Part shown: piece by piece, positions 1-14,549 of the stretch
How the letters are laid out: every line of letters starts with the position of its first letter
How positions within the stretch are numbered: position 1 is the stretch's first letter
Source: the human T2T-CHM13v2.0 reference genome, Homo sapiens
Length of the DNA: 64,000 nt
NCBI RefSeq assembly: GCF_009914755.1
Contig: NC_060932.1
Direction: 5' to 3' (one strand)
The notes under the pieces: generated by a model
The model's input: only the letters and a program-made list of their open reading frames with translations
The model's database searches: none
What the model was told of the DNA's origin: nothing
Translations under genes and position numbers: made by a program

Positions 1-494
1 ACTTTCAAGAGTAATGATGTAAAATAGTAATAGACCATACTATTGTAAAGAATAAATGGATAAAATATTCCAATTAAAACATCATCACATGGATAAAAAG
101 ATTTTTTAAAAGGCATGTTTGAAAACACTAGACAAAAGAAACCTGGTGCAATTTATTCCCTATTAGACAATGTTGATTTAAAGGCTTGATGCATAATGCC
201 TGATACCTGCTAAAACAAAACTAAATTATTGCTTTTTGTAATATATAGTTGGTTTTTCTGTCATCAAATCAAATCAGTCAGAATTATATTACTAGCTAAG
301 TTTTGACAGAACTTTTTCGGCTTCTGAGTCATGGTATAACAGAAGTCTAGAAAGTAGCACTTAAAGACTGATATACTTAAATTATTGAGAAATTTAGAAT
401 GATATCTTCATTTGTTTTCAGTTTATTGGATTTAGGGCATATCTCAGTGTAATGTAACTTTTCTAAATAATGTTATTGCACTAGTTGTTAATTC

Positions 495-597
495 GGTACA
501 GAAAGTAGCTAAGAACACAAGTTGTGAAACAAGAGACATATTTAGAGTCCAGACCGCTATTTGTCCTTGCAACCTTGGCAAATTAGCTATCTACTGG
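495..597 (+). mobile_element. Degraded MIR SINE fragment
   Basis: 'gctaagaacacaagttgtgaaac...gcaaccttggcaaattagct' resembles the MIR core (gtgaccttgggcaagttactt); heavily diverged. Confidence 0.45.
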
Positions 598-1206
598 AAG
601 CTGTGGAGAATGTTAGCGTTCCAGGTAGTCTAGAAGAGGGTTCTGGCCACTAAGTGGGCATGTCCCATTAGCTTGCTAAACTTTTGTCCTGGTAGGGAGA
701 GGTGATGCTTCAAGACATAATGGAGGGTTTCTCTAAAGCAGTTGATCAAGGCAAGTTGTTCCCTGGCCTAAGGTGGTGCTGTTTATTTAGAGCTTGTTAG
801 GTTTTAATATTTCATGTTTATCATGTACCTTTTATTTTTGATAGCCCGGGGACAATTTCTGACCATTTAGAAATGATTACACTGGTGCTAACAAGAAGCA
901 GATAAAGATATAGATGAATTTTTGAGATGTTACAAAAATGATTTTCATTTCTTTAGATGTGCTGCAAGCACTGCTATCATAGCATATCTCCAAACATTTG
1001 ATGTGATTGTTTAATACTGTAGGGAAATAATATTTAAAGTATTGTAATAGCAAATATACCTGTATTACCACCATACTATTAACAGGAGCAGCACATGCCC
1101 CATAGTAGACATTTATGCTTACAGAGAGTTTTCCTGAATTAATCCAGAGTGATGACAAGTTTAAAATTCCAGGAGCTTTTTAGTTTAAATAAATATGACA
1201 TTAAAA

Positions 1207-1326
1207 TGAGGCAGGAGAATCGCTTGAACCCAGGAGGCAAAGATTGCAGTGAGCCAAGTTTGCACCACTGCACTCCAGCCCGGGCAACAGTGCAAGACTC
1301 TGTCTCAAAAAAAAAAAAAAAAAAAA
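1207..1326 (+). mobile_element. 5'-truncated Alu (right-arm 3' part, AluS-like)
   Basis: tgaggcaggagaatcgcttgaacccaggagg...gactctgtctc followed by an A20 tail. Confidence 0.95.
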
Positions 1327-1609
1327 GACAACATATGAAGAAATATTTTATTCAAATGGAGATGGCAAGATTATTCTGTCAGTGGCTTTATTTTGCCAGC
1401 ATTTAATGATACAATCAACACTCAATTTTCTGTAAGAACTTTTAATCATTTCAGTTAACCTGAGCTACATTTTGTATTTACTTTGTTTTTATCATTGTTA
1501 TTGAATTTCATTGAAATTCCTTTTTGACTTTTATCCAACTTTGGCTCATGCTGGTTTTTAGCCCCGCACTAAGGCATGCCATTGCACACTTTAAAAACTC
1601 CCCAAATAG

Positions 1610-2097
<488 letters not shown>

Positions 2098-2829
2098 TTA
2101 ATCTAGTATGAATAACAAAATGCGCTTATTTTTAAGTTACTATTGGCAATAAAGCATTGAAAAAATATAGTATAAGGATTTTGACTATCATTTTTTTCCC
2201 AAATTTCCAAAATTCTATGGTGTGACAATTTCCTTTTTATCATTTGAATGTTGATATTTATGGGAAAAATTAGTAGACCAACAAGGGATTACAAAAAGGA
2301 ATTAGGTGCATATTGAGTTGCTCTGTAACTATTAAAAAGGAGGGGAAGATTTTAATCATGATAGAGAAATTTTTTACATATTATATAATTAAAGCAATTT
2401 TTTCAGGCTGCATTTAATTCCACAATACAATTCATACACATGTATATAATATCTATCTTTATCTATCTATTTGTATGTATCTATCTAGCTACGCATAGCT
2501 GTGCAACCAAAGTCACAATAGCTTCAGCTTTTGCTAGTTTTCTATGCTATTGCTTCAGCTCTTTCCATCAAATTTCAAAAAATTTGTTCCACTCTAGCAG
2601 CCTACACATTAAACTGGAGTGATGAGGTGTCAGTGAGATCTAGAAGACAAAAGGGTGTGTCTTATTGCAATGACAAGGTTGCCTTAGTAGTTTATGACTT
2701 GGTGAAATGTAAACCCTGTCTCAAGGATACCGATTATGTCTGTTCTATGCTACAGGCATTTAGCAATGAAGGAAAATATCCACTACAAATTTTTAATCTC
2801 ATAAACATTATATAATAGTACAATATGAA

Positions 2830-2995
2830 TTGATATTATCTATATATCTACACATACAAAAACAAACATATAGAAATGTTTGTACATATGCACCTGTGCA
2901 TATGCATAGAGGTGTGTATATCAATGTATACATACATATCTATGTATGTATTACACATGTGTAATATATATGTTATATATATAAATATATGCACA
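2830..2995. repeat. Low-complexity TA/CA/TG-rich tract
   Basis: Degenerate (TA)n/(TACA)n/(TG)n. Confidence 0.6.
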
Positions 2996-3408
2996 GATAT
3001 CAGAAGTAATAAGCACATTCAGAATGCAAAGGATGAGGCCAGTTGGAAGGACCATAGGTTATTTACATAAACTATTCTTATTTTCAACCCTAAGAAAAAT
3101 GTTCAGATGATGAAGATTTATGATTAACAAAACTTGACAAAAAAGTGGGCTGCTTTGAGTAAATAAAGCCTACACAATTCTGACATATCAAAAATAATTT
3201 AATAAAAACAAGATTAAAATTCAGAAATCTCAAAAAGAATTTTAGAAAAACAAAATAAATTATGCAAATACTGTTCTCCTGTAGAATAGACAATGTACTC
3301 AACTGAATACACTTATGTTGCTATGTCTTAATATTTTAATTTTTAATTTTTTATTTTTTATTATACTTTAAGTTCTAGGGTGCATGTGCACAATGTGCAG
3401 AATTGTTA

Positions 3409-4487
<1,079 letters not shown>

Positions 4488-5299
4488 TCTTTAAAGAATG
4501 TTGAATATTGGCCCCCACTCTCTTCTGGCTTGTAGAGTTTCTGCCGAGAGATCCGCTGTTAGTCTGATGGGCTTCCCTTTGTGGGTAACCCCACCTTTCT
4601 CTCTGGCTGCCCTTAACATTTTTTCCTTCATTTCAACTTTGGTGAATCTGACAATTATGTGTCTTGGAGTTGCTCTTCTCGAGGAGTATCTTTGTGGTAT
4701 TATCTGTATTTCCTGAATTTGAATGTTGGCCTGCCTTGCTAGGTTGGGGAAATTCTCCTGGATAATATCCTGCAGAGTGTTTTCCAACTTGGTTCCATTC
4801 TCCCTGTCACTTTCAGGTACACCAATCAGATGTAGATTTGCTCTTTTCACATAGTCCCATATTTCTTGGAGGCTTTCTTCATTTCTTTTTACTCTTTTTT
4901 CTCTAAACTTCTCTTCTCACTTCATTTCATTCATTTGATCTTCAATCACTGATACCCTTTCTTCCAGTTGATTGAATTGGCTACTGAAGCTTTGCATTCA
5001 TCACATAGTTCTCCTGCCATGTTTCTCAGCTCCATCAGGTCATTTAAGGACTTCTCTCCACTGGTTATTCTAGTTAGTCATTCATCTAATCTTTTTTCAA
5101 GGTTTTTAGCTTCTTTGCGTTGGGTTCGAACTTCCTCCTTTAGCTCGGTGAAGTTTGATCATCTGAAGCCTTCTTCTCTCAACTTGTCAAAGTCATTCTC
5201 CATCCAGCTTTGTTCCATTGCTGGCGAGGAGCTGCATTCCTTTGGAGGAGTGCTCTGATTTTTAGAATTTTCATCTTTTCTGCTCTGTTTTTTCCCCAT
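4488..5299 (-). pseudogene. L1 ORF1 remnant (disrupted, C-terminus deleted)
   Basis: Start atggggaaaaaacagagc at 5299; ORF 4491-4850 translates to LIGVPESD...ENFPNLARQ...TPRHIIVRF...GPIFNIL. Confidence 0.92.
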
Positions 5300-6325
5300 C
5301 TTTGTGGTTTTATCTACCTTTGGTCTTTGATGATGGTGACGTACAGATGGGGTTTTGGTGTGGATGTCCTTTCTCTTTGTTAGTTTTCCTTCTAACAGTC
5401 AGGACCCTCAGCTGCAGGTCTGTTGGAGTTTGCTGGAGGTCCACTCCAGACCCTGTTTGCCTGGGTATCAGCAGCAGAGGCTGCAGAACAGTGAATATTG
5501 CCGAACAGCAAATGTTGCTGCCTGATCATTCCTCTGGAAGCTTCGTCTCAGAGGGTACCTGGCCCTGTGAGGTGTCAGTTTGCCCCTACTGTGGGATGCC
5601 TCCCAATTAGGCTACTCAGGGGTCAGGGACCCACTTGAGGAGGCAGTCTGTCCATTCTCAGATCTCAAACTCCGTGTTGGGAGAACCATTACTCTCTTCA
5701 AAGCTGTCAGACAGGGACATTTAAGTCTGCAGAGGTTTCTGCTGCCTTTTGTTTGGCTGTGCCCTGCCCCCAGAGGTGGAGTCTACAGAGGCAGGCAGGC
5801 AGGCCTCCTTGAGCTGTGGTGGGTTCCACCCAGTTCGAGCTTCGGGGCCACTTTGTTTACCTACTCAAGCCTCAGCAATGGCGGGCGCCCCTCCCCAAGC
5901 CTCGCTGCTGCCTTGCAGTTTGATCTCACACTCCTGTGCTAGCAATGAGCGAGACTCCGTGAGCGTGGGACCCTCTGAGCCAGGCACGGGATGTAATCTC
6001 CTTGCGTGCCTTTTGCTAAGACCATTGGAAAAGCGCAGTTATTAAGGTGGGAGTGACCCGATTTTTCAGGTGCCATCTGTCACCCCTTCCCTTGGCTAGG
6101 AATGGGAATTCCCCGACCCCTTGCACTTCCCAGGTGAGGCGATGCCTCGCCCTGCTTTGGCCCACACTTGGTGGGCTGCACCCACTGTCCTGCTCGCACT
6201 GTCCCACGAGCCCTAGTGAGATGAACCCGGTACCTCAGTTGGAAATGCAGAAATCACCTGTCTTCTGCATCGCTCACACTGGGAGCTGTAGACTGGAGCT
6301 GTTTCTATTCGGCCATCTTGGAACC
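5300..6325 (-). promoter_or_regulatory. L1 5'UTR internal sense/antisense promoter with YY1 site
   Basis: YY1 motif (aagatggcc on the minus strand) at 6311-6319; CpG-containing 5'UTR; retains the segment at ~5425-5553 that younger L1s lack. Confidence 0.75.
5878..6045 (+). pseudogene. L1 ORF0 (antisense ORF), truncated to 55 aa by a frameshift
   Basis: gcaATGG start; MAGAPPQASLLPCSLISHSCASNERDSVSVGPSEPG matches primate ORF0; the remainder (VGVTRF.RC) continues out of frame from 6047. Confidence 0.85.
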
Positions 6326-7545
6326 AAGTCATATTTTAATTTTAAATAAGAAATACTAAACCTTTTTACATGAAAGTATTCTTTCCTTAATAACATCAAA
6401 ATAGATTGAGTTAAAAAATGAGCTATCCCATAACTGATAAAACAAAGCAAAGATGCCTGACTTGCAATCAGATAATAAATAGGCAATGGGAAAAATATGT
6501 TCGTTCCAGTAAAATATTTAATTCACTTTTTTAGAATTTTAGAAGACGGCTTGTTCTTCATGTGCAAGCATGTTTGTGTGCATTATATTTAGGATTTGTG
6601 ATTATACAAACAAAGTAAGTCGTAGACATCAATTGAAGCAAATAGAAATTATATTATTATTTTTGTTATTATAGCTGCAGGCTGATAAATTAACTTCATC
6701 TAGTCTGTAGGAAACCACTTAGCACCATGGAAGAGGTTGCTCATACATAAGACCTATTACTCATAAAGAGTTAATTTAGTCCCCATGGTGAAGCACTTTA
6801 CTCTCACAAAGCTCTTTTTCTTCATTCATGTTCACCATAGGAATAGGCCAATTGATGATAATAATATACATCGCTGAAACTGCTGTGATGGATAAACATT
6901 TCTCCAAATTATCCAAATTAATTTCAGCAGGTTGCTAGATTTTCTACCTATGGATTTTTTTTTCTTTTTTTTTTTTTAGTTCATCTTTGTTCATATGAAA
7001 GATTTCCACAGAACAAAACAGTTCTCTCATACTTGCATGCCAGAACCTGGGCAAAAGTGAAAAGCTGAGGCATTTAAACATTGTAAAATGGGTCATTAAG
7101 CATGCACAAATATTTTGGCTATTAGCCTTCAGCTACAGTCTCTAGTTTTAAACATTGCTATTTCCGTCTTAACCCTCTATTCACAAAAAAAGTCATAATT
7201 AAATGTTACTGACTTGTTCTTCATATTGATCTTGAATATATGTAAACAGGCTCCTCGTAGGAAGGAGGTGTTTGTAATTCTAAGAGTATTTCTTATTACT
7301 CTTTTCATTTCTGATATTGCTAAACTTCCTTAAAATTAATTAATATGATTATATATCAAAGAAAACAGCACATCAGCCACCCTCGGTGTGAAGGTAGAAA
7401 TGGAACTTTTCCTTTCACAGATGATGAGCCTGGTAGAAATTTTATACCAGGGATTTTCCACCCACATTTTCATCAACTGATTTAAAATATACAGTAATAA
7501 TCAGAGTGGAGGTAGAAAAAAAAATACATCTTTTAACTCTGTGAC

Positions 7546-7921
7546 TGTATTAGTACATTTTCACACTGCTATAAAGAAATAACTGAGACTGGGTAATTTA
7601 TAAAGGAAAGAGGTTTAATTGACTCACAGTTCCACAGGGCTGGGGAGCCCTTAGGAAACTTACAATCATGGCAGAAGGGGAAGGAGAAGCAGGCACCTTT
7701 TTCACAAGGCTACAGGAGAGAGACAGAGAGAGATTGAGAGAGAGAACAGGGGAAACTGCCACTTTTAAGCCATCAGATCTCATGAAAACCCCCTATCATG
7801 AGAAGAGCATGGGGAAAACCACCCCCATGATCCAATCACCTCCCACCAGGTCCCTCCCTTCACATATGGGGATCACAATTGGAGATGAGATTTGGGTGGG
7901 GCACAGAGCCAAACCATACCA
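7546..7921 (-). mobile_element. MaLR solo LTR (MSTA/THE1D-like)
   Basis: tgtattagt...ctgagactgggtaatttataaaggaaagaggtttaattgactcacagttcc...gagatttgggtggggcacagagccaaaccatacca. Confidence 0.9.
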
Positions 7922-8472
7922 CTGTTTTTTATAGTATAAATTGTCTTCTCAGTTTATTGTGAAGTTTTATACTTATAAATAAAGTACACTTCTATTCATA
8001 GTCTCAAAAGAAATGAGGTTGTGTCTAAGAACCTGAAGATATGAATAATAGAGAATGGTGTACCTACTCTCTTCTGTCTTTCAGGATTTGGGGTTTTCGT
8101 GAGATTCTGAATTCCAAAGAAACGCTGACATTTTTGTTCTTTTAATATATTGAATGGGAAAATGAAAATCCCAGTATATGTTGGAGATAAGCATTTTAAA
8201 GGAACTATGAAACAAATTTAATAATATCTTAAAACTCTTTGGAAGATTTCCTAATTGTGGTTTCTCTGCAAACAATCACATATTTTAGAGTAAAAAAGTT
8301 ATCACATACTTTCAGGGTAAGATAACATTTGGTGGCCTTTTTTTCTCTAAATGCCACTTGATGCTAACAGCATCAATACCTGGGAACATATATGCAGCCA
8401 TATTGTTCTTTGGTCCCATAGTATGTGTTTGACATTTGCAATACAGGCAAAACCAATTTTCTATGAGATAGT

Positions 8473-8640
8473 GATTCATTCACTTCTTAATTCTATAAAT
8501 AAATGTTCATTAAATGCCTTCCAGATTTAGAGAATGTTCCATGTACTACATAAACAATAGTGAACAAGATAGGTGAGATTCTTGAAACTGGAGGTACATT
8601 CTATATCACTGGAGTAGCCAGAGGATTACCAAAGAAGATA
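8473..8640 (-). mobile_element. L2 3'-end fragment
   Basis: attcattcac...ttcattaaatgcc...atagtgaacaagatag...tacattcta pattern of the L2 3' end. Confidence 0.45.
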
Positions 8641-9830
8641 TCAGAAAAAAAAAAAATGCTACCACAGCATTAGAGTGCAAATAAAAATAAACATATTGCA
8701 TGAGTCCCTCTATTCATAAGTTAACATATATTTATACTGGACTATGTACTAAGAGATATTGATAATTATGTCACTATAAAATAAAGGTGTATTAGAGTTG
8801 AAAGCAGCCTCAGGAGTTTTGCAATCGAATTCCATTGCATGAAGAACAGAGATTTCGAAATAACTGTTCCTAGAGATGTTCATGGCTGACTTGGCTAGTC
8901 TTGTCTGATAAAGGCAACAAGAAGTCAGGAAAAATATTAAACAAGGGTTCTTGTCATTTCAAATTACAGTGACTTAGTTCACTAAAAACCCAGGAATCTA
9001 ATTATTTAGGTTGGCAACACTTCTTCCCAAAGGTTACAAAAAAATGACGAGATTGAGGCTGGAGACTGTTGCTGTGAGGATGGGAACAGAGTTCTAAAAA
9101 TGAGAGCTAAACAGAGAATTTATTTCTCTACAACAATAAACTACAATAAGTTAAATTTACTTAGTTTATATTTCTTTTAGATTCCGAAATTATTTTAATA
9201 ACTAAATTTTTACAACAGACAAAAATAAGGGAAACCACATAATTATAAAATAAAAATATATATTTGAAAACACTATGTAAAATAAAAAAAAATCTATGAG
9301 ACTGGAAATAGTGAAACTAACAAATGAGAAATTTACAATAGCTTGAAAAATAATATCTTTTAGTAAATATTTCAAACTATGTACTATGAGTGCAAACTTT
9401 TGATATGTCCTATGGCTTATATAAAAAAAGATAAGAATGTTTTCTGTACTATGGGAGCGAAGTTCACCTGACTAAATAAATAAAATACATATAATGTTTT
9501 TCTTTAACACTGTGTAGTAACCATCCTTTGAAAACCCAAAAGTTTATAAAATAAATGAGAGTTATATATATAGAATTGTTACTGCAATTCAGAGTTGAGA
9601 TTATATCATAGAACAGGGTTACCAAAATAAGACTTCAAGAAGAGAAGGTGCATGAGGCCTATAATAAAATATAACTGAGGTCTAAATAAGCAGAAGGAAA
9701 GATGTACCAGTCACTCTTTTGGAATGGTTCATTTAGGAGTTCCAGTATCCCTTTATCAATCTTTTGAAAGGTAAAGTGGGAACTATCCACCACTACTTCA
9801 AAACTTGGTTTTGGTAAAGATCAAAACTAA

Positions 9831-10180
<350 letters not shown>

Positions 10181-10412
10181 TTTTTTCTTCTTAAATCTTC
10201 TCTTTCTTCACTCCATAGCCCAAACTCTCATCTTTAGTATTACCTGGAAACTCATTCAATCTGTGATGACTCTATCAAAATTCTTCATTCACGTTCCTTG
10301 GCATATTTTAAGTTTGCCTTTCTGACAGTATCTCTAACATACACTGTTTGAAAATATATTCCAGGAAATGAATCCAATAGTTATTAGCAACCCAAACTTC
10401 TTTAAAGTAGTC

Positions 10413-11015
10413 TGTGGTAGGGAGAATTTTACGATAGGCTCCACTATTCCTATCCCTGGGTATAAATGCTCTTCCTAGCTATTTAATCAGTCAGTAACCT
10501 AGGTACCTCTGTAGGAATTTTGAAAATGTAATTAAGTTCCTAAATCAGATGACCTTAAGATAAGGAGATTACTTTTTGTGTGGTAGAGGTACTCAGATGA
10601 GTTGTTAAAAGAGGCTGGGACCTTCCCTGGAGGATATTTGAAGCATGAGAAGGATTTGATGCAAGGGAACGTCTCCTTTGCTGATTTATAAGGATAAAGG
10701 GACCTGCCTAGCAATGTGGGCAAATTTTAGAGGCTGAGAGTTGCTCCTTGATCAGAGGCAACAAGGAAGTTAGAATTTCAGTACCCTGAATTGTACCCCC
10801 AACCTAAATGGTCTTGGATGCAGATTCTGCCCTAGACATTCCGAAAGGAATGCATCATGGACAAATTAATCTCAGACTTGTAGCACTCCAAGCAGGGAAC
10901 CCACACACTCATTGCTTGTATTAATGATCTATAAAACCCTTAGAAAATAAATGGATGTTCTTTTAAACTGCAAAGTTTGTGATAACTTGTTATATAATAA
11001 TAGAAAACGAATACA
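10413..11015 (+). mobile_element. MLT1 (MLT1E-like) MaLR solo LTR
   Basis: TG...CA termini; atgtaattaag...aatcagatgaccttaagataaggagatta; 3' end gtttgtgataacttgtta...tagaaaacgaataca. Confidence 0.8.
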
Positions 11016-11915
11016 CAATCCAAGTACTGTCTTAGTGAATATAATTAATTTTTCGGGTAATGTATCCTTCAGTTACGGGTCATGATGATGAATTAAGAAG
11101 TGCCTTAAGATAATAAATGAGTTACTTATAAAGTTATCAAGTGTGGCATTGTTTTGTAATATAAGAGACTGGAAATTGCGCAAAGTCCATCAGTAAGAAA
11201 CTGATTGAATAAACCATATTATATTCACATATTGAAATACAATGCAGTTATAAATGGTATGGCATGATCTCTATATCACTCTCCAGGTGATCTATAATAA
11301 CTCCAGGAGTCATTAAGTTTAAAATATAAAAAAGACATATATCCTTATATCTTGTATGCTATCTTTTGGGTAACAAAACAGAAAAAATACGTTTATATTA
11401 CAAAAAGACACACTAAAGAGATAAAATTAAAACTAACAAAATTTTCTTCCCAAAGGGAGAAAGGAAAAAATTATTGAAAGTGTTCACATAGAAATAACAC
11501 CTCTATGAATATACCACTTGCTGTGTACCTTCAACTATTCTACATATTATCCAAAGTAAAACTGGATAAAAAAATCAGCTGTAAGCATTAAAAACAAGCT
11601 TCAATAAATAATTCTCCACAGAGCTGTTAACATACCAATTACGTTAAGTTACTTTAAAACACAGCTTTTGAATTTATACTCATAGGAGAATAAATTCTAA
11701 GGACAAACAGCTAAAAATAATACTAAAGTTTGTTTAGATCTCTAATTGTTGGTGTCAATACACACACCCTCATACATCCATACGTAATATATACACACAT
11801 ATACATATACATGTATACGCACATATATTTATGACATATTTATGAATGTATGAATATCTATAAAGCAAAGAAGTAATTACTTCACTTTCAGTAGTTTTTA
11901 ATCTAATTGAGAAGG

Positions 11916-13747
11916 TTTAGTTTCATATGAATTTTAAATCAGTTTTTTCTAATTCTGTGAAGAATGTTATTGATAGTTTCATAGGAATAACATTGAATCT
12001 ATAAATAGCTTTGGGCATTATGGCCATTTTAATGATATTGATTCTTCCTATTCATGAGTATGGGATGTTTTTCCATTTGTTTGTGTCATCTCTGATTTTT
12101 CTGAGCAGTGTTTAGTAATTCTCATTGTAGAGATCTTTCACCTCAGTGATTAGCTGTTTCCCTAGGTATTTTATTATTTTTGTGGCTATTGTAAATGTGG
12201 TTGCATTCCTGATTTGGCCCTTGGCTTGGCTGCTGTTGATGTATAGGAATGCTAGTAATTTTTGTACATTAATTTTGTATCCTGAAACTGTGGTGAAGTT
12301 GTTTATTAGCTGAAGGAGGCAATAGTAAGCAAAGAGAACAAAGCTGAGGCATTGTGCTACCCAACTTCAAATTATACTACAGGGCTACAGTAAACAAAAC
12401 AGCATGGTACTGGTACAAAAAGACACATAGACCAGTGGAACAGATAGAGAGCCCAGAAATAAGGCTGCTCACCTACAGCCATCTGATTTTCAACAAAGCT
12501 GACACAAAAAAGTAATGGGGAAAGGACTCCCCATTCAACAAATGGTGCTGGGATAATTGGCTAGCCATATACAGAAGATTCAAACTGGACCACTTCCCTA
12601 TACCATACACAAAAATTAACTTAAAATGGATTAAAGGCTTAAATTTAAAGCCCAAAACTATAAAAATCCTGGAAGACAACCTAGGTAATACCATCCTGAA
12701 CACAGGAACAGGCAAAAGTTTAATGACAAAGATGCCAAAAGCAATCACAACAAAAACAAAAATTTACACATGGGATGTAATTAAATTTAAGAGCTTCTGC
12801 ACATCAAAAGAAAATATCACCAGAATAAACAGACAACTTATAGAATGGGAGAAAATATTTGCAAATATTTACAAACTATGCATCTAAAAAAGTTCTAATA
12901 TCTAGGATCTGTGATAAACAAATTTAAAATTTAAACCCATTAAAAAGTAGGCAAGGGATATGAACAGACAATTTCAAAAGAAGACATACAGTCATGTGAA
13001 AAATGCTCAATATCACTGACCATTTGACAAATGCAAATCAAAACCAAAATGAGATACCTTCTTACACCAGTCAGAATGGTTATTATTAGAAAGTCAAAAA
13101 ATAACAGATGCTGTTGAGGTTGTGGAGAAAAGGGAGCACTTATACATTGTTGGTGAGAGTGTAAATCAGTTCAACCATTATGGTAAGCCGTACGGTGGTT
13201 CCTCAACGAGCTAAGAACAGAACTACCATCTGACCCAGTAATCCCATTACGGGCTATATACCCAGAGGAATATAAATCATTCTACCATTAAGAAACATGC
13301 AAGCAAATGTTCATTGCAGCAGTATTCACAATAGCAGAAACATGGAATCAACCTAAATGTCCATCAATGACAAATTGAATAAAGAAAATGTGGTACATAT
13401 ATACCATGAAATACTACATAGCCATAAACAAGAATGAGATCATGGCTTTTGCAGGGACATAGAGGGAACTGGAGGCCATTATCCTTAACAAACTAACCCA
13501 GGAACAGAACACCAAATGCCTCATGTTCTCACTTATAAGTGGGAGCTAAATGATGAGAATTCATGCAGACAAAAAAGGGAATAATGGACACTAGGGCCTC
13601 CTTGACAATGGAGTGCAAGAGGAGGGAAAGGAGCAGAAAAAATAACTATTAAGTATGAGGCTCAGTACCTGGGTGACAAAATAATCTGTACAACAAATTC
13701 CTAAGACATGAGTTTACCCCCAAACCTAAAATACAAGCAAAAAAAAA
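11916..13747 (+). mobile_element. Older L1PA (PA12-16-like), 5'-truncated with 5' inversion (twin priming)
   Basis: Antisense ORF2 segment 11916-12318, then sense ORF2/3'UTR/poly-A 12317-13747; degenerate TSD aatctaattgagaagg / aatgtaaattcagagg. Confidence 0.9.
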
Positions 13748-14082
13748 TGTAAATTCAGAGGAAAATGTATAAGAATAAAGCCAAAGAAATTAAACACTAA
13801 AAAATATCAGTATAGAATATGCTTTAAAATACATGCCATCATTCTTTCCACTTAGAAGACCTAGAAACAATGACAATACAGTAGCAATAAGTTTGCCTCA
13901 GGTTGTTGTTTCTAATCAGTATATCTCACTATTAGGAGATACCAAGGCTCTTTGAATAAATAACAGTTTCTGGAACTGTGGAAGGAAATATGAGATGAAC
14001 CCAGACAACATTTAGTTTCAAAAAGTAAGGAAGGTATCAAAAACAATGGGTCATACCAACAACACAAAGAAACCAATGTGAA

Positions 14083-14121
14083 TGTATTAGGGTTCTCTTA
14101 GAGGAACAGATCTAATAGGAG

Positions 14122-14162
<41 letters not shown>

Positions 14163-14549
14163 CACATACAAGAGTATATTAAGTATTAACTTACATGACG
14201 GCAAGGTCCCACAATAGGCTGCCTACAAGCTGGGGAGCAAGGAGAGCCAGTCTGAATCCCAAAGCTGAGGAACTTGGAGTCCCATGTTCGAGAGCAGGAA
14301 GAATCCAGCACAGGAGAAAGATGTAGTCTGGGAGGCTAGGTCTATCTCTCCTTTACATGGTTTTCTGCCTGCTTTATATTAGCTGGAAGCTGATTAGATT
14401 GTGCCCACCAGATTAAGGGTGGATCTTCCTTACGGAGCCCACTGACTCAAATGTTAATCTCTTTTGTCAACACCCACACAGACACACCCAGGATTAATAC
14501 TTTATATCCCTCAATCCAATCAAGTTGACACTCAGTATTAACCATCACA
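14083..14549 (-). mobile_element. MLT2A (HERVL) solo LTR with internal (CA)n
   Basis: Ends caagttgacactcagtattaaccatcaca, the reverse complement of the MLT2A start; begins tgtattagggttctc; (CA)n at ~14124-14153. Confidence 0.92.

Noticed and set aside
20-190. Possible ancient L1 ORF2-start relic (also faint LTR-like relics at ~48500-48800 and ~61750-62100)
   Set aside because: Similarity too weak to call by eye; needs an HMM search.
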